Source of the DNA: Chthoniobacteraceae bacterium
Lineage (GTDB): Bacteria; Verrucomicrobiota; Verrucomicrobiia; Chthoniobacterales; Chthoniobacteraceae
NCBI GenBank assembly: GCA_031409335.1
Contig: JANNWY010000260.1
Location: forward strand, 1-30,043
DNA length: 30,043 nucleotides
Direction: 5' to 3'
Shown: one piece after another, positions 1 through 8,545 of the stretch
Layout of the letters: every line of letters begins with the position of its first letter
Position numbering within the stretch: the first letter of the stretch is position 1
Notes under the pieces: model-generated
The model's database searches: none
What the model saw: only the letters and a program-made list of their open reading frames with translations
What the model was told of the DNA's origin: nothing
Program-made: the position numbers and the translations under genes

Positions 1-172
1 CAGCGGGCGGAGCGGAGCGGAGAAACCACTCACTTTTCTTCGGGCCAGGTGGCGCGGAGCACAAACGTCCCGCGGCTCCGCCCCGCCTTCGCCCGCCGAA
101 GAAAAGTTTGAGGTTTCTCCACTTCGCTCCGCCCACCTTTCCGCCTGCGCTCCGGTCGAAATGACAGCTTTT
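1..172. repeat. Palindromic (REP/MITE-like) element, left arm cut by the window edge; same family as 16198-16386
   Basis: Nested inverted repeats: acttttcttcgg (32-43)/ccgaagaaaagt (96-107) and ggagaaacc (19-27)/ggtttctcc (112-120). ctgcgctccggtcgaaatgacag at 145-167 is identical to 16354-16376. Bases 1-27 match 16237-16263 with 2 mismatches. Confidence 0.9.
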
Positions 173-199
173 GGTTTTAGATGTATCGGGCTTGGGGAT

Positions 200-230
200 T
201 GGCCACAAAAAAGCACAAGAAGCGTAAAGG
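200..230 (+). repeat. Short A-rich repeat unit (tggccacaaaaaagcacaagaagcgtaaagg)
   Basis: Similar to the reverse complement of 1368-1402 (tggccgcaaagaggcgcaaaaggcgcaagaaaagg); internal ~9-nt periodicity. Confidence 0.65.
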
Positions 231-311
231 TTTGGAGAAGGAGTTGGTTCGGAGTGGCTTCCGTGTTCACACAACTCGTTAAAATTTTTCCAAACGGCTT
301 TCGGGATTTCT

Positions 312-674
312 TCATGGGCACAAGAGCGTAGGCAACTGGTATAGTCCTATGCCTCGTTGCTCGGCGAATCGAATGATGTCAGCCATGATCGCGGGCGGAG
401 GATACGTGACCGGACTGTTGGGATAATCTCGCCATGCGATCGACCTGCCTTTTCGGACTCGCGAAAGACGGACCTTGAATGCTTTGGGATTCGCAGAGGC
501 ATCGGGAGATTGATAGACCTTCGCCGCGCCTTTTGGGAGATCGGACTCTGGAATCAGCGCGAAATGCCACGGCTGACGCCGTGGCTGCCAACTAAACAGC
601 GCGACTTCCCAGGATGCACAGCCGGAGAGCAGTGAGCAAAGGCAGATGATGAGGACGCGGAAGGATGCGGTCAT
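312..674 (-). CDS. Hypothetical lipoprotein
   Basis: 120 aa; hydrophobic N-terminus with lipobox LLSG-C; start overlaps the stop of the upstream gene (671-674). Confidence 0.7.
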   Translation of the reverse strand: MTASFRVLIICLCSLLSGCASWEVALFSWQPRRQPWHFALIPESDLPKGAAKVYQSPDASANPKAFKVRLSRVRKGRSIAWRDYPNSPVTYPPPAIMADIIRFAEQRGIGLYQLPTLLCP

Positions 675-1312
675 TTGGGTTTTGGCTTATAGCCCGGAAA
701 CCGCTTCAACTCCGCCTCTGGTATTGGCATGAAGTCGTGGAGACGCTTTTTAAGGTCGTTGGCGTCCTCGGTAAGAGGCACCCACCGGCTCTCGCCTGTG
801 TAGGTGAAGTAAAAGTTGCTGCACGCCCAGCAGAGGCTTGTCTCGAATAGAAGTTTGGTGCCGGCATAAATGCGCAAACCGTGAATCGGGTAGTGGCAGA
901 ACGCGCCTCCGCCGTCTTTGTCGCTCGTCACCATCTTGGTGACCGCAGCGCACCAAGTCGGTATCTCCTTCGCGGGCAGCTTGGAAGTCTTGAGGATTTT
1001 CGTTTTGGCTTCGTCGAAGGATCCCCTGCTGTAAGGCCGAATCGGAAAACCCTCGTCGTCATCTTTGAGTTGGTAAGTGGGATCCTCGCCGATTGAGAAA
1101 TCGAGCAGATAGACCTCGATGCGGTCGGCGAATTGAAAGGTAGTTGCCACTGTCGCCCGGTAGTCCCGATCCGCCTTGGAATGGGCATCGTATCTCTTGG
1201 AGAACGCTTGATGGACGATGTCGTCGATGCGCGCCTCCGTCTTCGTTGCGTCATCCGCGGCGCTCGCACCGAGGAAGGACACGACAAAAAGGATGGTAAG
1301 AGAGGCTTTCAT
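671..1312 (-). CDS. Secreted hypothetical protein with Cys/His motif
   Basis: 213 aa; signal peptide MKASLTILFVVSFLGASAA; motif FCHYPIHG...SLCWACSNF. Confidence 0.8.
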   Translation of the reverse strand: MKASLTILFVVSFLGASAADDATKTEARIDDIVHQAFSKRYDAHSKADRDYRATVATTFQFADRIEVYLLDFSIGEDPTYQLKDDDEGFPIRPYSRGSFDEAKTKILKTSKLPAKEIPTWCAAVTKMVTSDKDGGGAFCHYPIHGLRIYAGTKLLFETSLCWACSNFYFTYTGESRWVPLTEDANDLKKRLHDFMPIPEAELKRFPGYKPKPK

Positions 1313-1353
1313 TTCACAGGACGCGTAGCGCGCCTAAGATATTGTTGTTCGGT

Positions 1354-2580
1354 TCACTGCGGAATCCCCTTTTCTTGCGCCTTTTGCGCCTCTTTGCGGC
1401 CATCTCGCTCGGTGGCATCCGCGCCGCGTCCGCGCGCGGGGCTGTTCGATCTGAGGCGGAGATCGCTGCCGAGTTGCGGGTCGGTTCCGTAAATTCCGTC
1501 GCGTTCGGCTGTGGGGAGCGTGGGTTTGCTGCGGTCGGGGCGGTCGCGGCAGAACCAGAAATTGCGGGCGAACTCGAAGGTTTCCGGAGCGGTGCCGCCG
1601 CCGATATTCACGCCGCCGCTGGCCCATGAATCCGAGCGGAAGACGATGAGGTTGTCCGTGAATTTTCCGCGGCGCGACGGGACGAAGCCGGGTTGCTGCG
1701 TTTCCTGCAAGATGCGGATCGCCCAGCGCGCGGGATCGACGATTGTATTGAAGCACACGGTCGCGCCATCGACGCCGACGAAGCAGATCGGTGCGCCGCT
1801 GCCGATGAAGGTGTTACCTTCCACCAAAAGCTCGGCGGCTTCGTAACGCTCGGTGCCGGGCCATTGATCGAGCGGCGGGCGGAAGTATGGAACGCCCGTG
1901 CTGCCGCCGAGATTCACCGCGCGCTGGCCGGCGTGCTCAAAGCGGTTGCCGCGGATTGTGAGGTCGCGGCTGCCGCCTTTCGCCTGAATGCCCGAGCCAC
2001 CAGTGGTCTGCTGATCCGCGCTGTGTCGGAGCGTGTTGCCGCGCAACACGCCGGAATGGCACCCGACCATGTCGATGCCGCTGCCACTGCCAGCGCCCCA
2101 GTTTTCCAAGGTGCAATCCTCGACGCGAAATCCGGTGAGGCCGGAAAGCTTGATGGCATCATGATTCCCGCGTGGTCCGACCTCGCTGACGCGCAACTTG
2201 CGCAGGATGATGCCGCGCGGTGTCGCGACGTATCTTCCACCATCGTCGATGCTCACGCCGTTGCCGGTCGCGCCGGTAAATTGCAGATCGTGCAACTCGA
2301 CGTGAAATGGATTCACGAGATGAATTCCGTTGCCACCGCCAGTGAAGCGCGGCGGTTTCGCGGGATCGGCCCCGGCGATCACAATGGGTTTTCCCGCCTC
2401 GCCGCGGAGGTCGGTGAAAAAGAGTCCGCCCGCGTATTCGCCCGGCGCGACTTCGATCCGCGTGCCCGGTTTCGCCGCCTTCACCGCCGCCTGCAATTCG
2501 GCGACTGTGCGCACCGGTTCCGACTGCCCGGCGGCGACCAAAGCGCCAAGCAGCGCGACGGGGAGGCTGATTTTGCGCAT
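1354..2580 (-). CDS. Secreted right-handed parallel beta-helix protein (pectin-lyase-like fold)
   Basis: 408 aa; signal peptide; N-terminal VRTVAELQAAVKAAKPGTRIEVAPGEY cap typical of beta-helix lyases; repeated strands (IRGNRF, VEGNTF, FTDNLI). Confidence 0.85.
   Translation of the reverse strand: MRKISLPVALLGALVAAGQSEPVRTVAELQAAVKAAKPGTRIEVAPGEYAGGLFFTDLRGEAGKPIVIAGADPAKPPRFTGGGNGIHLVNPFHVELHDLQFTGATGNGVSIDDGGRYVATPRGIILRKLRVSEVGPRGNHDAIKLSGLTGFRVEDCTLENWGAGSGSGIDMVGCHSGVLRGNTLRHSADQQTTGGSGIQAKGGSRDLTIRGNRFEHAGQRAVNLGGSTGVPYFRPPLDQWPGTERYEAAELLVEGNTFIGSGAPICFVGVDGATVCFNTIVDPARWAIRILQETQQPGFVPSRRGKFTDNLIVFRSDSWASGGVNIGGGTAPETFEFARNFWFCRDRPDRSKPTLPTAERDGIYGTDPQLGSDLRLRSNSPARGRGADATERDGRKEAQKAQEKGIPQ
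1368..1402 (-). repeat. Short A-rich repeat unit, inverted partner of 200-230, lying in the 3' end of the beta-helix CDS
   Basis: + strand ccttttcttgcgccttttgcgcctctttgcggcca; encodes GRKEAQKAQEK. Confidence 0.65.
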
Positions 2581-2596
2581 CGGAAGAAGCCGTCCT

Positions 2597-4816
2597 TCAA
2601 AGCGCCTCGCGTTTGCTCTTCTTCGTCCGCCGCTCCATTTCCTTGGCGATGCGCTCCGCCTTTGCGGTGTTGCCGCATTTGATCCAGCAGTCGGCGACGA
2701 GGGCGTAGGCGGAGTGCTGGCTGCTCACGGCGAACCAGTCGATCGTCGGCGTTTCGACGTAACGTTCGTAAGTGTTTTCGATTTGCCGGGCGCTCTTTTC
2801 CCGCTGGGTGTCATCCGCAGCGCAGAGCGCAAAATAGTCGCGCGCGAGCATTCTCCACGCGGCGGGATTGCCGCCATTTTCCTGCAAGGAGCGGTGGTAA
2901 AGCTGGTGCAGCGAATCGAACTTGGCGGACTCGGCGAGCAACTGGCCCTGGCGTTTCACCAGCTCCGCCATCGTCGCGGTGTCCTTGCTCGCCTCGGACA
3001 TGCGCGGGTCCTTGAATTTCTTCGTGTCCTGCTTCAGATCGTGAATCGACTCCCGCACATCCTGGCGCGGGAAGATGAATTCCTCCTGCAGCTTCCGCGC
3101 TTCGGCTAGCATCACTATGTCGTCGGTAAAACGCTTCTTCAAATCGCGCACGAGGTCGTCCCATTTCTTTACGTCATCCTCGCGATGATACGCGCGTCAG
3201 TGCGCGAGTTTTGCATCCCACGCGGGCGCGAGCCGCGGCGAAGTTTTCAGCGAAAGATCAATCGCGGAATCGGTCTTTGCGTTGCCTTTCAGCGCAGCGT
3301 GGAGATCGGCCAGCCACAGGAAACGATGCGCGGTGAGCGTGCGCTGCTCGCCGGCTTCGCGCGGGTCGCTGCGGCGGACGAATTCCATCTCGGAAAAAGT
3401 GCGGCCCGTCTGCGGATCGGTCGTGGTGCCCGCCGCGTAGCCGCCGATGCGGCCGGTCTCGGCCCACTGGTCGTCCGCGGGCATCCAGCGAATCCACGCA
3501 TGACCGCCGAGCGGCCCGTCGCCGCTGATGACCGCGGCGGGAATTCCATTCGCGCGCGCCGTGTAGGCCGCGAAGTAGGCGCGGTCGCCGCAGATGCCGC
3601 CCTTTTCCAAAATCTCGGCGAACGTGTAGGAATCGTAAGCGACCTTCGACTGGCCCGTCACCGCCTTGTCCATGTCGTATTTCACCATGCTGTACGCCTC
3701 GCCCCAATTCTTCTGCCGCAGCCGCACTTTTTTCAGCGCCCATTCCATCTCGGAAAGCGGCACCGGATCGGCCACGACCCACACCAGATTGCTCGCGGAG
3801 TAGCGATGGATGTTCGCCTGGAGCTGCCCTTTTTCGTTCTTCTCCTTGTAAAAATCGAACCGCTCGCGCGCCGAGATTTCGAGCCGCTGGCTGTTCCATT
3901 CTGGGCGAAACGGCTTGTCGAAAACCAGCGCGATCGCCAGCGCGAGTTCGCGATATTTCCCGCGCGCCGCGTCATCCTCCGCCGCGAGGCCGGCCCACAC
4001 GCGCAGGACATCGCGCTCGCCATCCTCGGGCCGCAGACTTTTCAACAGCGATTCCGTGGCCTCGGGCGCGGTGAGCAGCCAGGTGAAAAACGGCCGCGAG
4101 CCGCTGTCCTCGGTGAGCAAAGCGCGCGCATCGGCGGGCAGCCGGTGCAGCAGCGTGTGCTGGAGCAGCGCGCCGTAAAACAGCGGATTTTTCAGCACAC
4201 GATCGTAGCTCTGCGGCTGTGAAAAATCCGTCATCCTTTTCACCTCCGCGCCCAGCCCCGCGCGTAGCCAGTCACGGTACTCCGCCCATTTTCCTTTAGA
4301 AAAAGCCTCGTTCAATGCGGCCTCCGCGAGCTTCGTGTTCGCGGCACTTTTTCCCGCCACCGGATCGAGAATCGCGGCGTGCGCGAAGACATCCGGCGCG
4401 GCAATCACGGGCGGCGGCACGGGCTTCGGAGCTGGCTCCGGCATGGGCGCGGGAACCGCCGGCATCGGCGCGGCTTTCGCGAGTGCCAACGGAGCGGCGG
4501 GCGCGACGGGCGCGGGCTTCGCTTTCTCGACGACTGGTGCCGCGACCACGACGACCGGCTCCGCGATCACATTCTTCGCCGGACTCGATTGCGCGCCTTT
4601 CCACCAGAAAACTCCCGCCGCCACCCCGACCGCGATCATTCCCACCCAAAACGCACCGCCCGAACTCTGCGGCGCACTGGCGGCGACCGCGCGCACGGGT
4701 CGCCGGGGTGCCGCCATTTTTGGCGCGGGCACGTTTGCCTTTGGCGCCGTTGGCACTGGCCGGGCGGGGACGGGATTGCGCGGTGGTTGGGGACGGCGAT
4801 TGGAAGGAGCGGGCAT
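2597..4816 (-). pseudogene. Membrane-anchored transglutaminase-like domain protein interrupted by one in-frame TGA at 3197-3199
   Basis: ORFs 3197..4816 and 2597..3151 are in the same frame and read ...WDAKLAH*RAYHREDDVKKWDDLVRDLKKR across the stop. Pro/Ala-rich N-terminus with a TM segment; TGase-like motif GGICGDRAYFAA...ARANGIPA...GHAW. Confidence 0.8.
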
Positions 4817-4928
4817 ATCCGTAAATCTGGGGGCAAGATTCGCAGGAAGCCTCCGCGGCGCAAGCCATTGATCGGGACCGCGAGACGAGCGGATTTACCC
4901 CGAAATTGAGCGCGATAAAAATAACCGT

Positions 4929-4958
4929 TTGCCAACATTCACGGGCACGAATTACAGT
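4929..4958 (+). promoter_or_regulatory. Candidate sigma70 promoter
   Basis: TTGCCA (4929-4934), 18 nt spacer, TACAGT (4953-4958), upstream of ATG 4984. Confidence 0.35.
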
Positions 4959-4983
4959 CAGGCCGTCGTTACAAAGTAAATCT

Positions 4984-5259
4984 ATGATCGAACTTGAGGT
5001 CTATGCCGCTGGCATTCGCAATTTAGAAAAAATCCTGGAACTGGACCACGAGTTCGAGGCTGTCCCCAGCCTGCGCTACAAGGTCGATAGCAATCACGAC
5101 ATCGTGTATCTCGACTTCGAGGAGCCGACGATGACGATCCAAGAAGTCCGCAGCGTCTTCCGGAAAATCGGGCTCGAACCGCGCATCGTCGGCCAGATCC
5201 CGAGCGAGCTGAATCCGAAGGCGAAAACGCAGCCGATCCGCATCGCGGAAATGCGCTGA
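4984..5259 (+). CDS. Small hypothetical protein (possible ferredoxin/HMA-like fold, no Cys)
   Basis: 91 aa from MIELEVYAAG; host-like codon usage; beta-alpha-beta-beta-alpha-beta pattern is inferred only. Confidence 0.8.
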   Translation: MIELEVYAAGIRNLEKILELDHEFEAVPSLRYKVDSNHDIVYLDFEEPTMTIQEVRSVFRKIGLEPRIVGQIPSELNPKAKTQPIRIAEMR

Positions 5260-5268
5260 TCCCCGCGC

Positions 5269-6021
5269 CTACGAGCGCGGGATGATGGCGAGGTAATTGC
5301 GCACGCCCTTCCACTCGCGGGAGTAAAAAGGAGCGCGCTCGCGTCGCACCCAAAGCGCCGTCGAGGAGCCGCCGTCGAGATTCAGCGCGCGCGTGATTTT
5401 CCCCGTCCGCAGTAAGCCCGGCGCAGCGAGAATGCGCCCGGTCTCCGCAAGTGTGGCGCTCCCGCAAATCAGCACTCCGAAATCTCCAGCGGCGTCCGCA
5501 AAGACGACCGTGCGCGCCGCCCCGCGCGTGTCATTCAGCCCCGCGACCGCCTTCCCGCCATCGACCAAAAACGGTCCCGCCTGCAATGCCTCACGCACAT
5601 CTTTCGAGGCGCGAAATTCCGCCGTCCGCACCAGCGCGATCCGATCCTTTTTCACCACCACGATGCCACTCAGCAGCTTCGCGCGTTCCAGCGGATGGAT
5701 CGTCACGCCTTGCCGCACCACGAGCCCGAGCGGTGTGCGATCCGGGTGAAAATACCCGCCATTCACCGCCGCCAGCGCCCCGCGTTTCGCCGACGCGCTG
5801 CCAAGGTCGAAAGCGCCGTCCGGATTGTCCATCACTGCGAAGGTGTGGGCCTTCGGCTGAAAGCTCACGATGTGCAGCTCCGCACGGCGATCTCCATTGG
5901 AAGCGGACACTCGCGCAAAGCTGATTCCCTCGGGCGCGGCGAGCGGCTCCGCAGTTGAAAAAATCCACTCCGCACGGAGCGGGACGAGGAGGGCGAGGAA
6001 AGCGAGGGCGAGGCGGATCAT
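5269..6021 (-). CDS. Phosphodiester glycosidase (NAGPA/DUF2233) family protein
   Basis: Signal peptide; motifs AAVNGGYF, QAGPFLV, ARTVV, ALNLDGGSS. Confidence 0.9.
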   Translation of the reverse strand: MIRLALAFLALLVPLRAEWIFSTAEPLAAPEGISFARVSASNGDRRAELHIVSFQPKAHTFAVMDNPDGAFDLGSASAKRGALAAVNGGYFHPDRTPLGLVVRQGVTIHPLERAKLLSGIVVVKKDRIALVRTAEFRASKDVREALQAGPFLVDGGKAVAGLNDTRGAARTVVFADAAGDFGVLICGSATLAETGRILAAPGLLRTGKITRALNLDGGSSTALWVRRERAPFYSREWKGVRNYLAIIPRS

Positions 6022-6069
6022 GCGCGGCGTCTCTATCCGGTCCGCAACGCCCGAGCCATCATCGAGTGT

Positions 6070-7536
6070 TCACAGTTTCGCAGCCCCTTCGACCGGAGTC
6101 GAACGCCAGACGGCATCGCTCGAGTCGTCACCGCCACCGTCCCAGCAGTCCTTTCCCACGGAATACAGAATCACGCCGCTGCCATCCGCCCTGCGAAAGC
6201 GCAGCGCCTGCCCATCGAAGCGGTCGCGCGGCAGCTTGGGCAGCAGGCTTGGCATGAGTTCGTGCAGTTCTTTCGGGTAGTCGCCGTTACGAAGGCGAAA
6301 GCGTTCCAGCGCGCACGCCACAAGCGACAGGTCCACGTTCGTCTGAATCTCTCGGCAGAGGCTCCGATTGCCATCCAACATGTAAGCAGCTGGCTGAGCG
6401 AAAAACCAATACGGAAACCGGATCCAGTCGCTCGGATCGTCGAAGTTGGGTGGCAAGATGTCCGCCGGGATGCCAGGAGGGATGTCGATTGCCGGATGGG
6501 CTTCCGACGCAACGGCGATGCCTAAATGTTGGTCATACCATTCATTCAAGCGCAGTTGATTTTGAGCAAACCAGCCCGGTGGAATCAGCATGGCCCAGGA
6601 CCACTTCGGCACTTCCGCAGGGCGCCTGCTGTTGAAGGCGGTCCACAAGCGCGGATTCGCTTTCAGGAGATCGAGCGTGTTGTTCGAAAATGCTCTCTCA
6701 CTTGAAACCCCGAACGTGAAGTCCGACATCAAATCAATCGTGGCGAGATCGTTAGTGACCGAGCTTAGCTCCTGATCGGACCAAATGTGAGCGGCGAGCC
6801 CACGTTGAATACTGTTCGTCGAACAAGCGGTAAGCATCACACGCAACATGCAGGCAAGGAGCGTCGGCTGGCCTTGAAAAGCACTTGCGTGTCGATGCCC
6901 CACTCGCCAGTCAATCCACGCATCATGCGCCTGGCCTTTTGCCTGGAGAGCGGCCACTCGCAGGTTGATCAACTGGCTGATTTGCAGGACCCCGCCCAGA
7001 TTCCAAAATGCCGCATCAGATCCTTTCTCCCATTCGCCATCGAGCCGACTGCGGGGCCGGGAAAGTCCTTCGCGCAATTGGTTGAGCACCGGCTCATATC
7101 TTTCGAGACCCCGGAGCACGTCGGCAACAGGGTCGTCCGTCGTGGCTGAAATCAGAGCATATTCAATCATGCATTTTCCGATCGCAGGAAAGTCCACTGG
7201 TTCGCCTTGCGCGATGTAACGTCCGCATTCTACCGGTAGTTCACACGCCTTTCTTGCACGCTCACGCACAGCCGGATCTCCGGATAGGAGTTCGCGATAA
7301 ATCGTGCTCCCCGCAAAATTCTCCCCATCCGGGATCCGCGATGGGATGAAATCCTTGAAGTCGAGCTTCGCGCCGCGCGCTTCGGCGTCTGCTCGGTAAC
7401 GAGCCCACGCCTTCTCGCCGCGATAGTTTTCAATCGCATACGCCGCGACGATCAACGTAGCCAAACACGCGAGGGCAAATACACTGCGCTGCCAGAATTT
7501 TCGCGATGCGAGAAGGCGGAGCGATGGGTGTTTCAT
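6070..7536 (-). CDS. Membrane-anchored protein with C-terminal GspG(pseudopilin)-like motif
   Basis: Start at ATG 7536 (MKHPSLRLL), ATGA-coupled to the upstream stop; N-terminal TM; C-terminal ACALERFRLRNGDYPKELHEL...PRDRFDGQ...LYSVGKD...GG resembles the T2SS protein G C-domain. Confidence 0.8.
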   Translation of the reverse strand: MKHPSLRLLASRKFWQRSVFALACLATLIVAAYAIENYRGEKAWARYRADAEARGAKLDFKDFIPSRIPDGENFAGSTIYRELLSGDPAVRERARKACELPVECGRYIAQGEPVDFPAIGKCMIEYALISATTDDPVADVLRGLERYEPVLNQLREGLSRPRSRLDGEWEKGSDAAFWNLGGVLQISQLINLRVAALQAKGQAHDAWIDWRVGHRHASAFQGQPTLLACMLRVMLTACSTNSIQRGLAAHIWSDQELSSVTNDLATIDLMSDFTFGVSSERAFSNNTLDLLKANPRLWTAFNSRRPAEVPKWSWAMLIPPGWFAQNQLRLNEWYDQHLGIAVASEAHPAIDIPPGIPADILPPNFDDPSDWIRFPYWFFAQPAAYMLDGNRSLCREIQTNVDLSLVACALERFRLRNGDYPKELHELMPSLLPKLPRDRFDGQALRFRRADGSGVILYSVGKDCWDGGGDDSSDAVWRSTPVEGAAKL

Positions 7537-7871
7537 CGGGTGCCGGGCGGTTGCTGGAACTGGCGCAGAAGTTCCTGATAATCCGCGTACGCGAAGAAGG
7601 GATGGCGCGACTGCGACGGCACCGCTGCGAAAGATTCGACGCGGGCGGGAGACGGGGATTCTCGCGCGAGCACCAATGCCCAAACCGCCGCGAGCGCGCC
7701 CCAGGCCAGCGGCGACGGCCACAGCCAGTCGCGCCACGTCCAGCGTGTCGGCTTTTCTTCACAGCGACCCAATGCTCCGAGCGCGCGATTCAGCGCCGTG
7801 CTGTGTGCGGCATCGTCGCACGGCGGCACGCGCAGCTTCGCGAGGCGCGCTTTTAGTTCATCGTCATTCAT
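7533..7871 (-). CDS. Small single-TM protein, putative anti-sigma factor
   Basis: 112 aa from MNDDELKARL; overlaps the sigma stop (ATGAATGA); TM segment WPSPLAWGALAAVWALVLA. Confidence 0.75.
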   Translation of the reverse strand: MNDDELKARLAKLRVPPCDDAAHSTALNRALGALGRCEEKPTRWTWRDWLWPSPLAWGALAAVWALVLARESPSPARVESFAAVPSQSRHPFFAYADYQELLRQFQQPPGTR

Positions 7872-8406
7872 GGCGGGTGAGCAGGGTTTTGAGTTTCCTT
7901 TTCGCGACGAAAATCCGCCACGAGACAGTCGTCTCCGCGCAACCCAGCACGCGCGCCGCTTCCGCGTGGGAGAGATCCTCGAAATACACCGCGACCACCG
8001 CCGCGCGCAGTTCCGCAGGCAGTGCCGCCAGCGCCTCGCGAGCCGCATCGAAGGCGGGCGGGCGCTCCGCCGAGTCGATCTCCGCACGGAGTTTTGCCGC
8101 ATCCGCCAGCTTCCGCCGCCGCCCTTCACCGCGCTGCCAGTCGCGCGCGGTGTTTGCGCAAATCCGGTAGAGCCAGTGGCGAAACGGCGTGCGCGCCCGG
8201 TAGCCGCCGATGGCCCGCGCGGCCTTGATGAACGTCTCCTGCGCGATGTCCTGCGCTGTCGTGCCATCGAGGCAGAGGCGGAAGGCGAAGGCGTGAATCA
8301 TCGGATGGTGGCGGTGGAAGAGTTCGGCAAATGCCCCGGGCTTTCCGGCGATGGCTGCTTGGACGGTGATTCCTTCGTCGATGGCGTCCGCGTCGGAGAG
8401 AAGCAT
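7864..8406 (-). CDS. ECF RNA polymerase sigma factor
   Basis: 180 aa from MLLSDADA; region 2 AQDIAQETFIKA...FRHWLYRICANTARD; region 4 LSHAEAARVLGCAETTVSWRIF. Confidence 0.93.
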   Translation of the reverse strand: MLLSDADAIDEGITVQAAIAGKPGAFAELFHRHHPMIHAFAFRLCLDGTTAQDIAQETFIKAARAIGGYRARTPFRHWLYRICANTARDWQRGEGRRRKLADAAKLRAEIDSAERPPAFDAAREALAALPAELRAAVVAVYFEDLSHAEAARVLGCAETTVSWRIFVAKRKLKTLLTRHE

Positions 8407-8423
8407 GAGGTCTTTGATGTCTG

Positions 8424-8450
8424 AAACGACGGGGGCGCAGAAATCCTTGG
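8424..8450 (-). promoter_or_regulatory. Candidate autoregulatory ECF promoter
   Basis: Minus strand CCAAG-N17-CGTTT just upstream of the sigma ATG; a CGT-containing -10 is typical of ECF promoters. Confidence 0.25.
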
Positions 8451-8545
8451 TACGAATTTTGAAAGAGATAACACGCAAGCGGGGCTTTGCCTGCCCGTGG
8501 ATCGCGGAGCTTTCAAAACGCGCCCCCGCTCTGGCATAAAAAGTC

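Noticed and set aside
3197..3199. Alternative genetic code (UGA=Trp/Gly)
   Set aside because: TGA terminates several clear genes here (e.g. 9985, 16173 and the ATGA overlaps).
4400..4816. Low-complexity repeats in the transglutaminase-like gene
   Set aside because: Ordinary Pro/Ala-rich linker coding sequence.
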